Virus record (IMG/VR): IMGVR_UViG_3300030328_003747
Coordinates: 1 to 64,000 of that record
DNA: 64,000 nt
Source of the DNA: a virus
Direction: 5' to 3' (one strand)
A program made the translations under genes and the position numbers. The notes under the pieces are model-generated. The model was not told where the DNA came from. It made no database searches and saw only the letters and a list, made by a program, of their open reading frames with translations. Positions 26,510 through 35,323 of this stretch are shown piece after piece (the stretch's first letter is position 1; each line of letters opens with the position of its first letter).

Positions 26510-27453
26510 TCTTCCTCCAAAAGCTTTGTGTAGATTCTTGCATCTCCTTCAACCCTGTAGCGTTCTACAATGTCAAACTCTATACCTTCCTCTTTAACAA
26601 GTCTTGTGTAGTTTACACGACCCTTTGCTTGTGTCATGTGACACTTAACTCTGGGTGTACTAAAGGCTCCACGGTGTTGTTTTATCAACTCCGTAGAAAG
26701 CTCTTTTTTTCTTGGTTCAAGGGTTTTTTTCCTCTCATCAATTTCCTTTAGTTCTTTTAATATTTCTGCTAATTCTAAAGTTTTATTATCTTCCTCAACA
26801 GACTTATAGTTTATTCCTGGAGCCTCTTTATCTTGAGCCCACCTTGCAATATATTCTGGGTCTTTGGATTTTTCTTTGTACCAATCTATAAATTCTTTTG
26901 CTTTAGGTAAATAGATTTTAGCCCATTGAGGGTCTCTCTCAACCCACTCCTGAACATGGTCTCCGGTTTGGGACCATTGAAAAAATAACATTTCTTCAAT
27001 GTCCATTACTTCCATTCCTAGTTGCATTTGGTGCCAATAATTTCTTTTTTGTTCCTTAACATTAGTTACTAGCTTTGTTACTGGACACTTTACCTCAACA
27101 GCAGAAACCTTGCCCTTTCTTCCTTTTTTAATAATGCCGTCTGGAGACATGCCCAACCAATCATGATCTGGATGCTGAACAAAAGATGCTTCTTTTATTT
27201 GATATCCCAAAGACTTTAAATGATTGATGGCAATAGGCTCATGTTCTTTTCCATAAGTAATTGCTTGTTGGGCTCTCTCATCGAAAGGGTCTTGCTTTAA
27301 CCCGTTGGCTTCTCTATATAAGTCTCTTCCCAAAGCTTCCCATTCATCGCCCTTGGTCCAAGCATCTTCTCGAACAGCCTTAGGAAACCTAGACCCTGTT
27401 ACTTTGTTTGCTCTTTGCTGGTGCCATTCAGCAGAACCTTGTTTAATTTGCAT
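26506..27453 (-). CDS. YqaJ / lambda-exonuclease family
   Basis: QGSAEWHQQR...TGS, GMSPDG, VEVKCP, YWHQMQ; start at MQIKQ. Confidence 0.9.
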   Translation of the reverse strand: MQIKQGSAEWHQQRANKVTGSRFPKAVREDAWTKGDEWEALGRDLYREANGLKQDPFDERAQQAITYGKEHEPIAINHLKSLGYQIKEASFVQHPDHDWLGMSPDGIIKKGRKGKVSAVEVKCPVTKLVTNVKEQKRNYWHQMQLGMEVMDIEEMLFFQWSQTGDHVQEWVERDPQWAKIYLPKAKEFIDWYKEKSKDPEYIARWAQDKEAPGINYKSVEEDNKTLELAEILKELKEIDERKKTLEPRKKELSTELIKQHRGAFSTPRVKCHMTQAKGRVNYTRLVKEEGIEFDIVERYRVEGDARIYTKLLEEE

Positions 27454-28078
27454 TATTTTTGTCCTCATTCCATTTTGCATAAGCAACATTTAGCTTTACT
27501 TGTAAAGCTTTATCTCCACAAATTTCTGCCGCTTTGTCGTGTCTAGCAAAAATACCTTTTGCTTCTTCCATGCTCTTAGCACCTTTTAATTCCTGAACCA
27601 TTTCATTCACTTCATCAAAAACCCTTTCAACAGCTGGTGCTTCTTCTTCATTACCAATATGTGCTTCTTCTTCTGGCTCTGTCATCCCCTCAAAAGGAAC
27701 ACAAAATGTTTCTAATAGGCAACTACGAAGTGCAAAACTTTTAGCCGCTTCTAAACATTTCTGTTGTGCAGACTTGCTATGCCCTTCATAACTTCTGTCC
27801 ACCCAAGATCCATCTTCTGTGCAATAAAACCTCATCGTTCCAGTTATTCTGGTTAATGAATTTTTATTATCTTCTAAAAATTTTGTTGAAACCTTAACAT
27901 CTTGTGGTAATAAAATTACATTATTATCAGACAAAGGTTTGGCAAATGCGGTATAAATATCTTTTATTGATCTATATTCATAACCCATCTGTTTATTTCT
28001 GGCATTAGCTTTAATGCCTTCTTTTAACATATGTTTTTGTATGCTTTGTAAAGCAGAATTTATTTTAGGTAATTTCAT
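27443..28078 (-). CDS. ERF-family single-strand annealing protein
   Basis: N...GYEYRSIKDI, A.SFALRSCLLETFCVP; adjacent to exonuclease. Confidence 0.75.
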   Translation of the reverse strand: MKLPKINSALQSIQKHMLKEGIKANARNKQMGYEYRSIKDIYTAFAKPLSDNNVILLPQDVKVSTKFLEDNKNSLTRITGTMRFYCTEDGSWVDRSYEGHSKSAQQKCLEAAKSFALRSCLLETFCVPFEGMTEPEEEAHIGNEEEAPAVERVFDEVNEMVQELKGAKSMEEAKGIFARHDKAAEICGDKALQVKLNVAYAKWNEDKNNAN

Positions 28079-28097
28079 ATTATTTTCTCCAGAGCAA

Positions 28098-28158
28098 ATT
28101 GTAAACTTTGTTTTAATTTAATGCAATACTTTACAATGATTAATATATATTGTTTAAT
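28098..28158. promoter_or_regulatory. Divergent promoter pair (recombination left, replication right)
   Basis: Minus strand TTGCAT(28126-21) N17 TACAAT(28103-098); plus strand TTTACA(28130-35) N17 TTTAAT(28153-58). Confidence 0.5.
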
Positions 28159-28177
28159 CTAAATATGAGGGAAAAAA

Positions 28178-28810
28178 ATGTCACTAGAATACATAACAAA
28201 AGTTTTAAAGTTTGAAGTAAAACCTACACAGAAACTTTTGCTAATTGTTTTAGCAAACTACTCTGATGAGTTTGGTAGGTCTTACCCATCCCACAAAAAA
28301 CTTACAGAGCTTACTGGGCTCTCTCTGTCCGCAATAAAAGACAACCTAAAAAAATTAAAAGATTTAGGTTTAATAGGTTGGGATAGAAGAGACAACACAA
28401 GTAATATGTATGAAATATTAGGGGGGTCAGGAGCTGGCTATACCCAGCCTACAGGTGGCTATAATACTAAAGTAGATACTAAAACTAAATATATATTAGG
28501 TTTGGAACAAATAAATGAAATTTACAAACAAAAAACAGACAATGTTTTTTATCAGCACAGCGTTAATACATATAAAGCTGAACCAAGGTGGAAGGTTTTA
28601 AAAGATTTAAGTAGAAAAGGAATAACCTCACCAAAATCGGGGGAAAAAATAGATTTAACAAAAGAAGATTTTTGGGAAGCATATTTTTCAATAGCTAATA
28701 GTAGTGGTCATAAAAAATGGATTAGATCTTTTTGGGATAAGAAGCCAACACTTATGACTATGTTAGGGATAAACCAATTTGATGCAATTATTGAGAGGAA
28801 GTATGGATAA
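28178..28810 (+). CDS. HTH replication initiator
   Basis: KLLLIVLANYSDE.G.SYPSHKKL.ELTGLS wHTH; upstream of dnaB. Confidence 0.8.
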   Translation: MSLEYITKVLKFEVKPTQKLLLIVLANYSDEFGRSYPSHKKLTELTGLSLSAIKDNLKKLKDLGLIGWDRRDNTSNMYEILGGSGAGYTQPTGGYNTKVDTKTKYILGLEQINEIYKQKTDNVFYQHSVNTYKAEPRWKVLKDLSRKGITSPKSGEKIDLTKEDFWEAYFSIANSSGHKKWIRSFWDKKPTLMTMLGINQFDAIIERKYG

Positions 28811-30107
28811 AGAAATATACGAACTAGAAGCAAATCTTATTGGAGCAATGTCACTTGACCACAAAAGATTTAAGAAGGCACAGGAAGAGGGTTTACTACC
28901 AGAGGATTTTGAAACCTCATCATACAGAAAGGCTTATGAGATTATGATTGAGAAGCAAGCCTCTGACATTGTAACAATCAGAAACTACATAAATGATGAC
29001 TTTGTGTTTGAAGAGATTAGAGAAGCTTGTGCATATTGCATAACCCCAGCAGGCTTTCCATCATGGATTAAAGCAATGCACAACAAAACAGCAAACAACA
29101 AGCTAATGAAACTTTCTGAAAAAATTCCTGAAATAGTATCAAAGAATGACCCTATAGAAGTAAAGGTTGATAAGGTAAACAATCTTCTTATTAATAATAA
29201 AATTACTAAAAACACTGGCTCCCCAGTTCCTGTTAAGGATGTCTTAGACAAAGTAAAAGAAGAACTAAAAAACAGCAACTTAATGAATAGCAAGTTAATT
29301 AAAACAGGCTTTTCAAGAATAGATGAAAAAATAAAAGGCTTTAAGGATGGAGACCTTATTGTTGTGGCAGGCAGACCAGGCATGGGAAAAACTACTTGGG
29401 CACTTAACATAACAACAAACAACATACTGAAAGGTAAAACCGTTCTAGTTTTCAGTTTAGAAATGACAAACGAGCAACTAATAAAAAAAATAATTAGCTC
29501 ACAGTCTGGTTTAAGTATGGATTCACTTATAACAGGGAACCTAAACAAAAATGAGTGGAAAAAATTTGAGGAGCAAAAAAATCAGCTTGCCTCATCAAAG
29601 CTGTATGTTTATGACAAGTCTCCAATAACAATAGAAACATTAATAAATAAAACTAAAGCAATTCAAGCAGTTACAGATATAGACTTGATAGTGGTTGATT
29701 ACTTACAGCTTTTAATGACATCAAACAAGGCACCAAGTAATTCTGATAGTAGGACAGCTTCTATGACCTATATCTCAAATCTTCTGAAGGGACTGGCGAA
29801 AGATATTGGCTGTCCGTTGATCTCGTTGTCTCAACTAAATCGGGGTGTGGAGACGAGAACGGATAAGCGACCAGTCCTTTCGGATTTAAGGGACAGCGGA
29901 AGCATAGAGCAAGACGCTGATATGGTTATAATGTTATACAGACCAGAATATTATGATTCTTTAGAAACAGGGCTTGCTGAAGTTATTATTAGAAAGAATA
30001 GGTTAGGAGAAATGGGAGAGTTTGAATTGTTTTTTGATGGCTCTAACTCTAAGTTTCTTGACCCTGAGGAATCTGCTTTCGGGAGAAAAGAATATGGACA
30101 AATCTGA
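28803..30107 (+). CDS. dnaB: Replicative DNA helicase
   Basis: AGRPGMGKT, FSLEM, VVDYLQL, LSQLNR, DLRDSGSIEQDAD, KNR. Confidence 0.97.
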   Translation: MDKEIYELEANLIGAMSLDHKRFKKAQEEGLLPEDFETSSYRKAYEIMIEKQASDIVTIRNYINDDFVFEEIREACAYCITPAGFPSWIKAMHNKTANNKLMKLSEKIPEIVSKNDPIEVKVDKVNNLLINNKITKNTGSPVPVKDVLDKVKEELKNSNLMNSKLIKTGFSRIDEKIKGFKDGDLIVVAGRPGMGKTTWALNITTNNILKGKTVLVFSLEMTNEQLIKKIISSQSGLSMDSLITGNLNKNEWKKFEEQKNQLASSKLYVYDKSPITIETLINKTKAIQAVTDIDLIVVDYLQLLMTSNKAPSNSDSRTASMTYISNLLKGLAKDIGCPLISLSQLNRGVETRTDKRPVLSDLRDSGSIEQDADMVIMLYRPEYYDSLETGLAEVIIRKNRLGEMGEFELFFDGSNSKFLDPEESAFGRKEYGQI

Positions 30108-30429
30108 AAACTTTCATCAACAACTAAGGGACATTGTTCCTAAAATATCAGAAGCAAGAGTTAATGTGCTTAAGTCTGAGGCTAATCTTAAAAAAGTATT
30201 TTGGGTTCAGTTGTGTCTAGCCAAAGATGATGGGGAACGCTCATACAATGCACAAAAGTCTAAAGCTGAAGCCTCAGAAGAATATTACAAGGCTTCATTA
30301 GAGGTAGCACAAGCAAAAGCAAGGCTTGACGCTTTACAAACAGAAAAACAAGCTGTTGATATGCAGTTCGAAGAATGGAGAACTAAAATGGCTAATCTAA
30401 GAATGGAGAGAAGTAGATATGGAGCATGA
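30094..30429 (+). CDS. Conserved helical phage protein
   Basis: AEASEEY...FEEWRT..AN motif; RBS GGAG. Confidence 0.6.
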   Translation: MDKSENFHQQLRDIVPKISEARVNVLKSEANLKKVFWVQLCLAKDDGERSYNAQKSKAEASEEYYKASLEVAQAKARLDALQTEKQAVDMQFEEWRTKMANLRMERSRYGA

Positions 30430-30643
30430 AGATATGAAGTATAACTTTAAGTATTTTACTGTTAGGAAATGGGAAGAATGTTCATCTGAAAGAAGGTCTT
30501 ACGGGGAAAGTACAGTACAATACAAAGACTATGTTGAGGCAAACATAGATCAATTAAAAAAAGAATATGAAAGGCAGAACCCCCAACAAGGAAGAAAAAA
30601 AATGGATGGACTTAATAGCAAGTCTGGGATGTATAGTCTGTAG
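30419..30643 (+). CDS. Hypothetical protein
   Basis: Operon context, GGAG RBS. Confidence 0.5.
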   Translation: MEHEDMKYNFKYFTVRKWEECSSERRSYGESTVQYKDYVEANIDQLKKEYERQNPQQGRKKMDGLNSKSGMYSL

Positions 30644-30887
30644 GTTGTTTTATGGGTGTAACTCTCCGGCAGAAATCCACCATATTGACGGTAAGACTAA
30701 AAAGGAGGCTCATTTAAACACTATTCCATTATGTTATAAACACCATAGGGAGGGCATTAATAATTGTACTTGTGTTTCTAGACACCCTTTTAAAACAGAA
30801 TTTGAAAGAAGATATGGTAAGGAAAGTCAGCTACTACAAAAAACAAAAGAGATAATAAAAGAGTTACAAAATGCCGGTGAAATTTAA
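30567..30887 (+). CDS. Ref-like HNH recombination-enhancement nuclease
   Basis: LGCIVC...AEIHHI...IPLCYKHHR. Confidence 0.8.
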   Translation: MKGRTPNKEEKKWMDLIASLGCIVCRLFYGCNSPAEIHHIDGKTKKEAHLNTIPLCYKHHREGINNCTCVSRHPFKTEFERRYGKESQLLQKTKEIIKELQNAGEI

Positions 30888-31053
30888 ACCATCAGAAAAA
30901 ATAAGAAATAAAAAAACAGGAATAATATCTACTGTTCATTACTACTTAAAAAATATGACAACAAAAGACATAGAAAAAGTATATGAAGATGAAAGGACAA
31001 AACCCAAACTTAAAGTAAAACTTAAAAGAGAGATTGAAAGGAGGAATAAATGA
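30871..31053 (+). CDS. Small basic hypothetical protein
   Basis: Coupled ORF. Confidence 0.55.
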   Translation: MPVKFKPSEKIRNKKTGIISTVHYYLKNMTTKDIEKVYEDERTKPKLKVKLKREIERRNK

Positions 31054-31271
31054 AAAAACCATTAGAGAAACAAATTGGTGGAGATCATTACAAGAATTTT
31101 CCAATTCAAGTTGTAGAGTTTTGTCAAAGAAATCAATTAAATTATTGTGAAAGTTCAGCAATTAAATATATTGTTAGACACAAACTAAAACACAAAAGCG
31201 GTAAAGAGTGCATAGAAAAAGCTATCCATTATTTACAGATACTTCTTGAATTAGAATATTCTAAAAAATGA
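31050..31271 (+). CDS. DUF3310 (SaV-like) protein
   Basis: QIGGDHYK, AIKYIVRH, KAIHYL. Confidence 0.85.
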   Translation: MKKPLEKQIGGDHYKNFPIQVVEFCQRNQLNYCESSAIKYIVRHKLKHKSGKECIEKAIHYLQILLELEYSKK

Positions 31272-31567
31272 AACACATAGACACTTGGGGTCAAATAGAC
31301 ACCCTTAGGTATGCAAATCAAATAAGCAAAATTAAAAGACACAAAGAAAGACTAGACTACATCAAAGATGTTCCCAAAAAATATCATCAACTAATCTATT
31401 TGTTAGCCATGCAAATGAGGTTGCCACAAACTATATCAGAACTTCCAACACGGGAAGAAAGAAAAAAAGCATGGGAAGAATTACCCGAACACAATAAAAC
31501 TCTCAAAGGAATGAAGAATATGGTGTATCATAGAGTAGTAAGGATATTTAAAAATGAAAGGTGTTAA
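31268..31567 (+). CDS. Hypothetical protein
   Basis: ATGA coupling. Confidence 0.6.
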   Translation: MKHIDTWGQIDTLRYANQISKIKRHKERLDYIKDVPKKYHQLIYLLAMQMRLPQTISELPTREERKKAWEELPEHNKTLKGMKNMVYHRVVRIFKNERC

Positions 31568-31736
31568 TCATTACAAAAAAGACGGAACTCTCCACAGAGG
31601 TGGCACACATAAAATGCCTGATGGCTCGCTACATTCTGGAACAAAACACAGCTCTAGTAGTGTGAAGCTCTTTCATTACGGAGAGTTATCTAATAAAGCT
31701 AAAGTAAAAGCTAAAAAATCTTGGAGGAAAAAATAA
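31554..31736 (+). CDS. Small basic His/Gly protein
   Basis: HKMPDGSLHSG repeat motif. Confidence 0.6.
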   Translation: MKGVNHYKKDGTLHRGGTHKMPDGSLHSGTKHSSSSVKLFHYGELSNKAKVKAKKSWRKK

Positions 31737-31825
31737 TGCCATACGGAAGAGGAACATATGGAACAAGGGTCGGAAGACCACCTAAGAAGAAAAAGAAAAA
31801 AAATAAAGGAGCGAAAAAGAAATGA
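31736..31825 (+). CDS. 29-aa highly basic peptide
   Basis: GGAGG RBS; MPYGRGTYGTRVGRPPKKKKKKNKGAKKK; not in ORF track. Confidence 0.6.
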   Translation: MPYGRGTYGTRVGRPPKKKKKKNKGAKKK

Positions 31826-31938
31826 ATTGGCTATTTGAATTTTGGAATTGTGTAAAAAAATTTTTTGTAAGCTTATGGGAAGCTATGAAAAACTTTTGGC
31901 AAAAAGTAGTAGGGTTTTTCTCAAAATCTAAAAAATAA
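31822..31938 (+). CDS. 38-aa amphipathic W/F-rich peptide
   Basis: AGGAG RBS, ATGA coupling; MNWLFEFWNCVKNFFVSLWEAMKNFWQKVVGFFSKSKK. Confidence 0.55.
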   Translation: MNWLFEFWNCVKKFFVSLWEAMKNFWQKVVGFFSKSKK

Positions 31939-31944
31939 AAAATC

Positions 31945-32097
31945 ATGTTGTTGCTTTATACAGAAAAACAACTTAAAGAAGCATACGAAGATTATATTCA
32001 AACTCAAAAAGAGTTTATAACTTTAGAAAATTTTAGATCTATTTTTGAAACTTATTGGAAAGCAATTTATGAGCAAAAAGGAAGAACTAAACACTAG
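31945..32097 (+). CDS. 50-aa hypothetical protein
   Basis: MLLLYTEKQLKEAYEDY...; not in ORF track. Confidence 0.5.
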   Translation: MLLLYTEKQLKEAYEDYIQTQKEFITLENFRSIFETYWKAIYEQKGRTKH

Positions 32098-32266
32098 ATT
32101 TGAAGAAAGGGGTTTTGATAGGGTTGCTTTAAAATGGGTGCCCAAAAACCCATATGGCAAAAAACATAAGGCTAGTGGTTGGGTGTATAAGCTTCATGGA
32201 GATACAGAGTGGTCATCACTTGGAAACAACTTTGAAGAAGCTTTAAAAGAAATAGATTTAATATAA
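32069..32266 (+). CDS. Hypothetical protein
   Basis: MSKKEEL... last ORF of the rightward operon. Confidence 0.55.
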   Translation: MSKKEELNTRFEERGFDRVALKWVPKNPYGKKHKASGWVYKLHGDTEWSSLGNNFEEALKEIDLI

Positions 32267-32434
32267 ATTAATCACATTTTCTGACACACAAGCTACTACC
32301 AGTAAAGCTTTTTTTACATCTTCTTTTGATAAATCTTCAGGATATCCAGTTAATAAATTTTCATCTTGATAAGAATTTTTATTGTCTTTTTTTAATTCTC
32401 TAGCTACTTTTATTATTAATTCTTTTACTAACAT
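32258..32434 (-). CDS. Hypothetical protein
   Basis: Start at MLVKEL, downstream of terminator. Confidence 0.45.
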   Translation of the reverse strand: MLVKELIIKVARELKKDNKNSYQDENLLTGYPEDLSKEDVKKALLVVACVSENVINLY

Positions 32435-32451
32435 GGAACCTTCAATCTTAT

Positions 32452-32487
32452 AAAAAAAAAGTTGCTCATTCAATGAATAAGCAACTT
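32452..32487 (-). terminator. Intrinsic terminator of the leftward early operon
   Basis: Minus strand aagttgcttattc-att-gaatgagcaactt 13-bp stem, then U-tract. Confidence 0.8.
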
Positions 32488-32528
32488 ATATTTTGGGTTT
32501 ATTTTCTAATTATCTATTGACAGATAAT

Positions 32529-32756
32529 TTAAGTTATGAAGTTGCGAGGGTCTTTAAACTTCTCTTCAATTTCCCAATCTTCTTTGCTGAGTATGTCCCC
32601 ATTTTCTATCATGGTTTCAGCAGTTCTACCAAACCACCCCTGCAATCTCCAAGCCATACCAGTATTAACTAAGATTTGCCAAGCCTTTAAATATTGCTTT
32701 CTGTTTTTGGGTTCATTAACACCCTCAGCAATCATAATAGCCTCATAATTTGTCAT
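32529..32756 (-). CDS. Conserved small phage early protein
   Basis: [22 protein letters not shown]; GGAGGT RBS. Confidence 0.7.
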   Translation of the reverse strand: MTNYEAIMIAEGVNEPKNRKQYLKAWQILVNTGMAWRLQGWFGRTAETMIENGDILSKEDWEIEEKFKDPRNFIT

Positions 32757-32902
32757 TTCGACCTCCTTTTGTCCGCCTCTTCATAGGTTGTAAACCTATA
32801 GCCACAGGCTAAACATTCTCTCCGTCTTTTCATCATTCTACCATCTGCCATTGGTCTTGTATCTAAAACTTTGGTTTTGTTTTTACATTCTGTACACTTC
32901 AT
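32753..32902 (-). CDS. Mini-NrdR: zinc-ribbon domain only, 49 aa
   Basis: [16 protein letters not shown]...[17 protein letters not shown] matches the NrdR N-terminal CxxC...V.DSR...RRRRECxxC..RFTTYE; no ATP-cone; not in ORF track. Confidence 0.8.
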   Translation of the reverse strand: MKCTECKNKTKVLDTRPMADGRMMKRRRECLACGYRFTTYEEADKRRSK

Positions 32903-33042
32903 TTGTCCGCCTCATCACAGTTGGTCACACTCTTTCTAGATTTTTTTTCATGGTTTATTAAGTTTATAACCCACACAAAGTAAGCCATGATCATGAGGAT
33001 AGCAACACCCATAACAAAGTTAAATATGTCAGTCATCATCAT
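32899..33042 (-). CDS. 47-aa single-TM peptide
   Basis: GAGGT RBS; hydrophobic N-half. Confidence 0.5.
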   Translation of the reverse strand: MMMTDIFNFVMGVAILMIMAYFVWVINLINHEKKSRKSVTNCDEADK

Positions 33043-33275
33043 ACCTCTCCTGTTATACACTTACGCATATAATCTTTAGTCCATTTAAAATCTTTATAAG
33101 AAAAACAGTCATGACATTCTGCATACATATCTGTCAGACAATATAAATCTACTTCTGTTTCTTCCTTTTCTTTGACAAAAAGGTAGTGTCCTACTTTAGC
33201 AACTTTATTAATATCAGACCTCTTAAACATGTGTCCTCTATTGTTTAGCCATTGGATAGCATCATCTATTTTCAT
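33039..33275 (-). CDS. Hypothetical early protein
   Basis: GGAGGTG RBS. Confidence 0.65.
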   Translation of the reverse strand: MKIDDAIQWLNNRGHMFKRSDINKVAKVGHYLFVKEKEETEVDLYCLTDMYAECHDCFSYKDFKWTKDYMRKCITGEV

Positions 33276-33444
33276 TATTCACCTCCTCAAATTCAATATC
33301 GGTTATTTCTTTATCCTCTAGTTCAATATTATGTTCTTCTCTAAAAGACTGTTTAACCCATTCTTTATATTCTTCTTCTGTTTCACACTCTCTACCCATA
33401 TCGAATACAGAATATGTTATTGTGCTAGTCCAACTTTTCATCAT
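33262..33444 (-). CDS. Acidic hypothetical early protein
   Basis: GGAGGTG RBS. Confidence 0.65.
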   Translation of the reverse strand: MMKSWTSTITYSVFDMGRECETEEEYKEWVKQSFREEHNIELEDKEITDIEFEEVNNENR

Positions 33445-33790
33445 TCACCTCCTCCAAATCCAAAACTGTTTTCTGTTCTTGTTTGCTAAGTTTTTCTGCA
33501 TAAAAATAAACTACTGCTACACAACCTTTCCCATGAAATACCTGAGAGAATCCTTTAGTTGTACATTCTTCTATTCTATAATCTACCTCACTAGGTATAT
33601 CAGAACAGCCAAGCATTACTGCTACATCATCTACTGTTAATCTACTCATCATTTCCTCCTGTTTTTTAGTCAATTCATATTCTTCTTCAGTAAGATAAGA
33701 GTAAGAAGATAAAAACTCTGCTTTAGTTAAGAGTTTAAAATCTCTCATCTTCTCTTTGTCGTCTGTAAAGTCTTTGTAATTAGTCATCAT
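33425..33790 (-). CDS. Hypothetical early protein
   Basis: DDKEKMRDF..LTKAEFLSSYSYLTEEEY motif; GGAGG RBS. Confidence 0.6.
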   Translation of the reverse strand: MMTNYKDFTDDKEKMRDFKLLTKAEFLSSYSYLTEEEYELTKKQEEMMSRLTVDDVAVMLGCSDIPSEVDYRIEECTTKGFSQVFHGKGCVAVVYFYAEKLSKQEQKTVLDLEEVNDEKLD

Positions 33791-33969
33791 GCTTCCTCCC
33801 GTTTTTTCTTCCAATGATCTAAATTAAAAATATTTTTTTTAGTCTTAGTTTCCCATATAGAGATAAAATCTTGGGGCTCCTCATCTTCTTTATGTTGCAC
33901 ATATATAGTTAAATTTTTAGTCTGTATATATGTACAATATTGATTAAGATGATCTACTTTAAGTGCCAT
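33787..33969 (-). CDS. Hypothetical early protein
   Basis: GGAGG RBS before MALKVDHL. Confidence 0.55.
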   Translation of the reverse strand: MALKVDHLNQYCTYIQTKNLTIYVQHKEDEEPQDFISIWETKTKKNIFNLDHWKKKREEA

Positions 33970-34261
33970 CAAATTCCCTCCTTTCATCTTCTGTAAGACA
34001 TTTGTAATGAACAATAATATTGCCATCATCAAGACATATGTCCTCATCTAATGGTATGAGTTCATCACACCTATCACATGGTATAGCCATACACTCTGCA
34101 CAAGCATAACCATCACGATACTCACCATCTGCAAAGATAACTTTGCCATCTTTATCAGTCGCTTCGTAATCTGCGTCTGCGGGAATCCTGTTGACAAATC
34201 TACCACTACCAAAAGAAGTATCTTCGCCACAGTGAACACATCTATTACCTATGTCACTCAT
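33959..34261 (-). CDS. Cys-rich (zinc-finger-like) early protein
   Basis: CVHC...FGSGRFVNRIP...CAEC...CDRC...HYKC. Confidence 0.65.
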   Translation of the reverse strand: MSDIGNRCVHCGEDTSFGSGRFVNRIPADADYEATDKDGKVIFADGEYRDGYACAECMAIPCDRCDELIPLDEDICLDDGNIIVHYKCLTEDERREFDGT

Positions 34262-34587
34262 TTCGACCTCCATAGTCTTCTCAGCTTACCTATATAGACA
34301 AACAAAGGAATGAAGAACAAACCTATTAGACATCCAATTGCAGTTCCAAAAGCTAACTCCCATGAGCCAGTCACTGCTCCTCCTAGAAAATCAGATACTG
34401 TATTACCAATACCCGCTCCAAATACTGCTCCTAAACCAGTTTGATACCGCTTAGGCAAATACTTCTCTACCTCATAACCAGTCATTGCTCCTAAGATCAT
34501 GATTCCGTTATCAGTTATTCCGTAATAAATATAATTGCTTGATATTTGAATCAAGAAATTAAAAAATTCAATTACATATTCAATCAT
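34258..34587 (-). CDS. Membrane protein, TMEM65-like
   Basis: GITDNGIMILG...GAGIGNTVSDFLGG...GTAIGCLIG. Confidence 0.55.
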   Translation of the reverse strand: MIEYVIEFFNFLIQISSNYIYYGITDNGIMILGAMTGYEVEKYLPKRYQTGLGAVFGAGIGNTVSDFLGGAVTGSWELAFGTAIGCLIGLFFIPLFVYIGKLRRLWRSK

Positions 34588-34793
34588 TTTCCCTCCTGTA
34601 TTGCATTTAACATATCGTTAAGTCTTTGTTCTTCTTGATCTTCATCAAGCTCTTCATCTGCTTTGATATTATCCCAATCAAATACAATCACTCCATTACT
34701 ATCGTTGTGAACTTCTTGTACAAGACCACCCTCAACTTCAATAATTACTGTATCAGTGCTTATGCCTAATTCTTCTAGTGTTGGTCTAGCCAT
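34584..34793 (-). CDS. Acidic early protein
   Basis: IIEVEGGLVQEV...DWDN motif. Confidence 0.65.
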   Translation of the reverse strand: MARPTLEELGISTDTVIIEVEGGLVQEVHNDSNGVIVFDWDNIKADEELDEDQEEQRLNDMLNAIQEGK

Positions 34794-35323
34794 TATTCAC
34801 CCCCCTTGATAGCAAAGCTGTCCACTTTTGAAAGTCTTTCGTCTTTTTCTTGAGTAGTCAGCTCATCCCAATCGGGAGGAAAAGAAAGACCGTCAAGATT
34901 CTCATAAAATCTCTTCCTGTATTTAATAGAAGCTTCTTTATCATCCTGACATAGTAGATCAAACATAGCTGACACCATGCCCACAGTCTTCAATGAATCA
35001 CTAGCAGAAGAGCCATCTAGAACCCCGTGAGGCTCTAGATATTCTTTAGCTACTGTCTTAAAGTCGTCAAAAGATAATCTTGCGTCCTTAGGCTCTCCAA
35101 TCCAGTTAAGATGTTTTCCAGTAGTATTACCCCAACAATTCTCAACAGAAACTAGCTGATAATTAGGAACCTTGAAAGCTACTAAAGTCTCACAAGAAAA
35201 GTATAGCTCTATGCCATCTTTACTATATACATCACAATGAGCCTTACGGAGTTGATAAGCTCTGTTACCCTCTCCGTAAGTATCTCTATGCATACCGTTT
35301 AAATTAAAATCTATCTTTTTCAT
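34793..35323 (-). CDS. Hypothetical early protein
   Basis: LYFSCETLVAF...WGNTTGKHLNWI motif. Confidence 0.7.
   Translation of the reverse strand: MKKIDFNLNGMHRDTYGEGNRAYQLRKAHCDVYSKDGIELYFSCETLVAFKVPNYQLVSVENCWGNTTGKHLNWIGEPKDARLSFDDFKTVAKEYLEPHGVLDGSSASDSLKTVGMVSAMFDLLCQDDKEASIKYRKRFYENLDGLSFPPDWDELTTQEKDERLSKVDSFAIKGGE

Noticed and set aside
28985-29548. 187-aa antisense ORF in dnaB and the other antisense track ORFs
   Set aside because: Shadow ORFs of coding-strand codon bias (S/F/L/I-rich), no RBS or motifs
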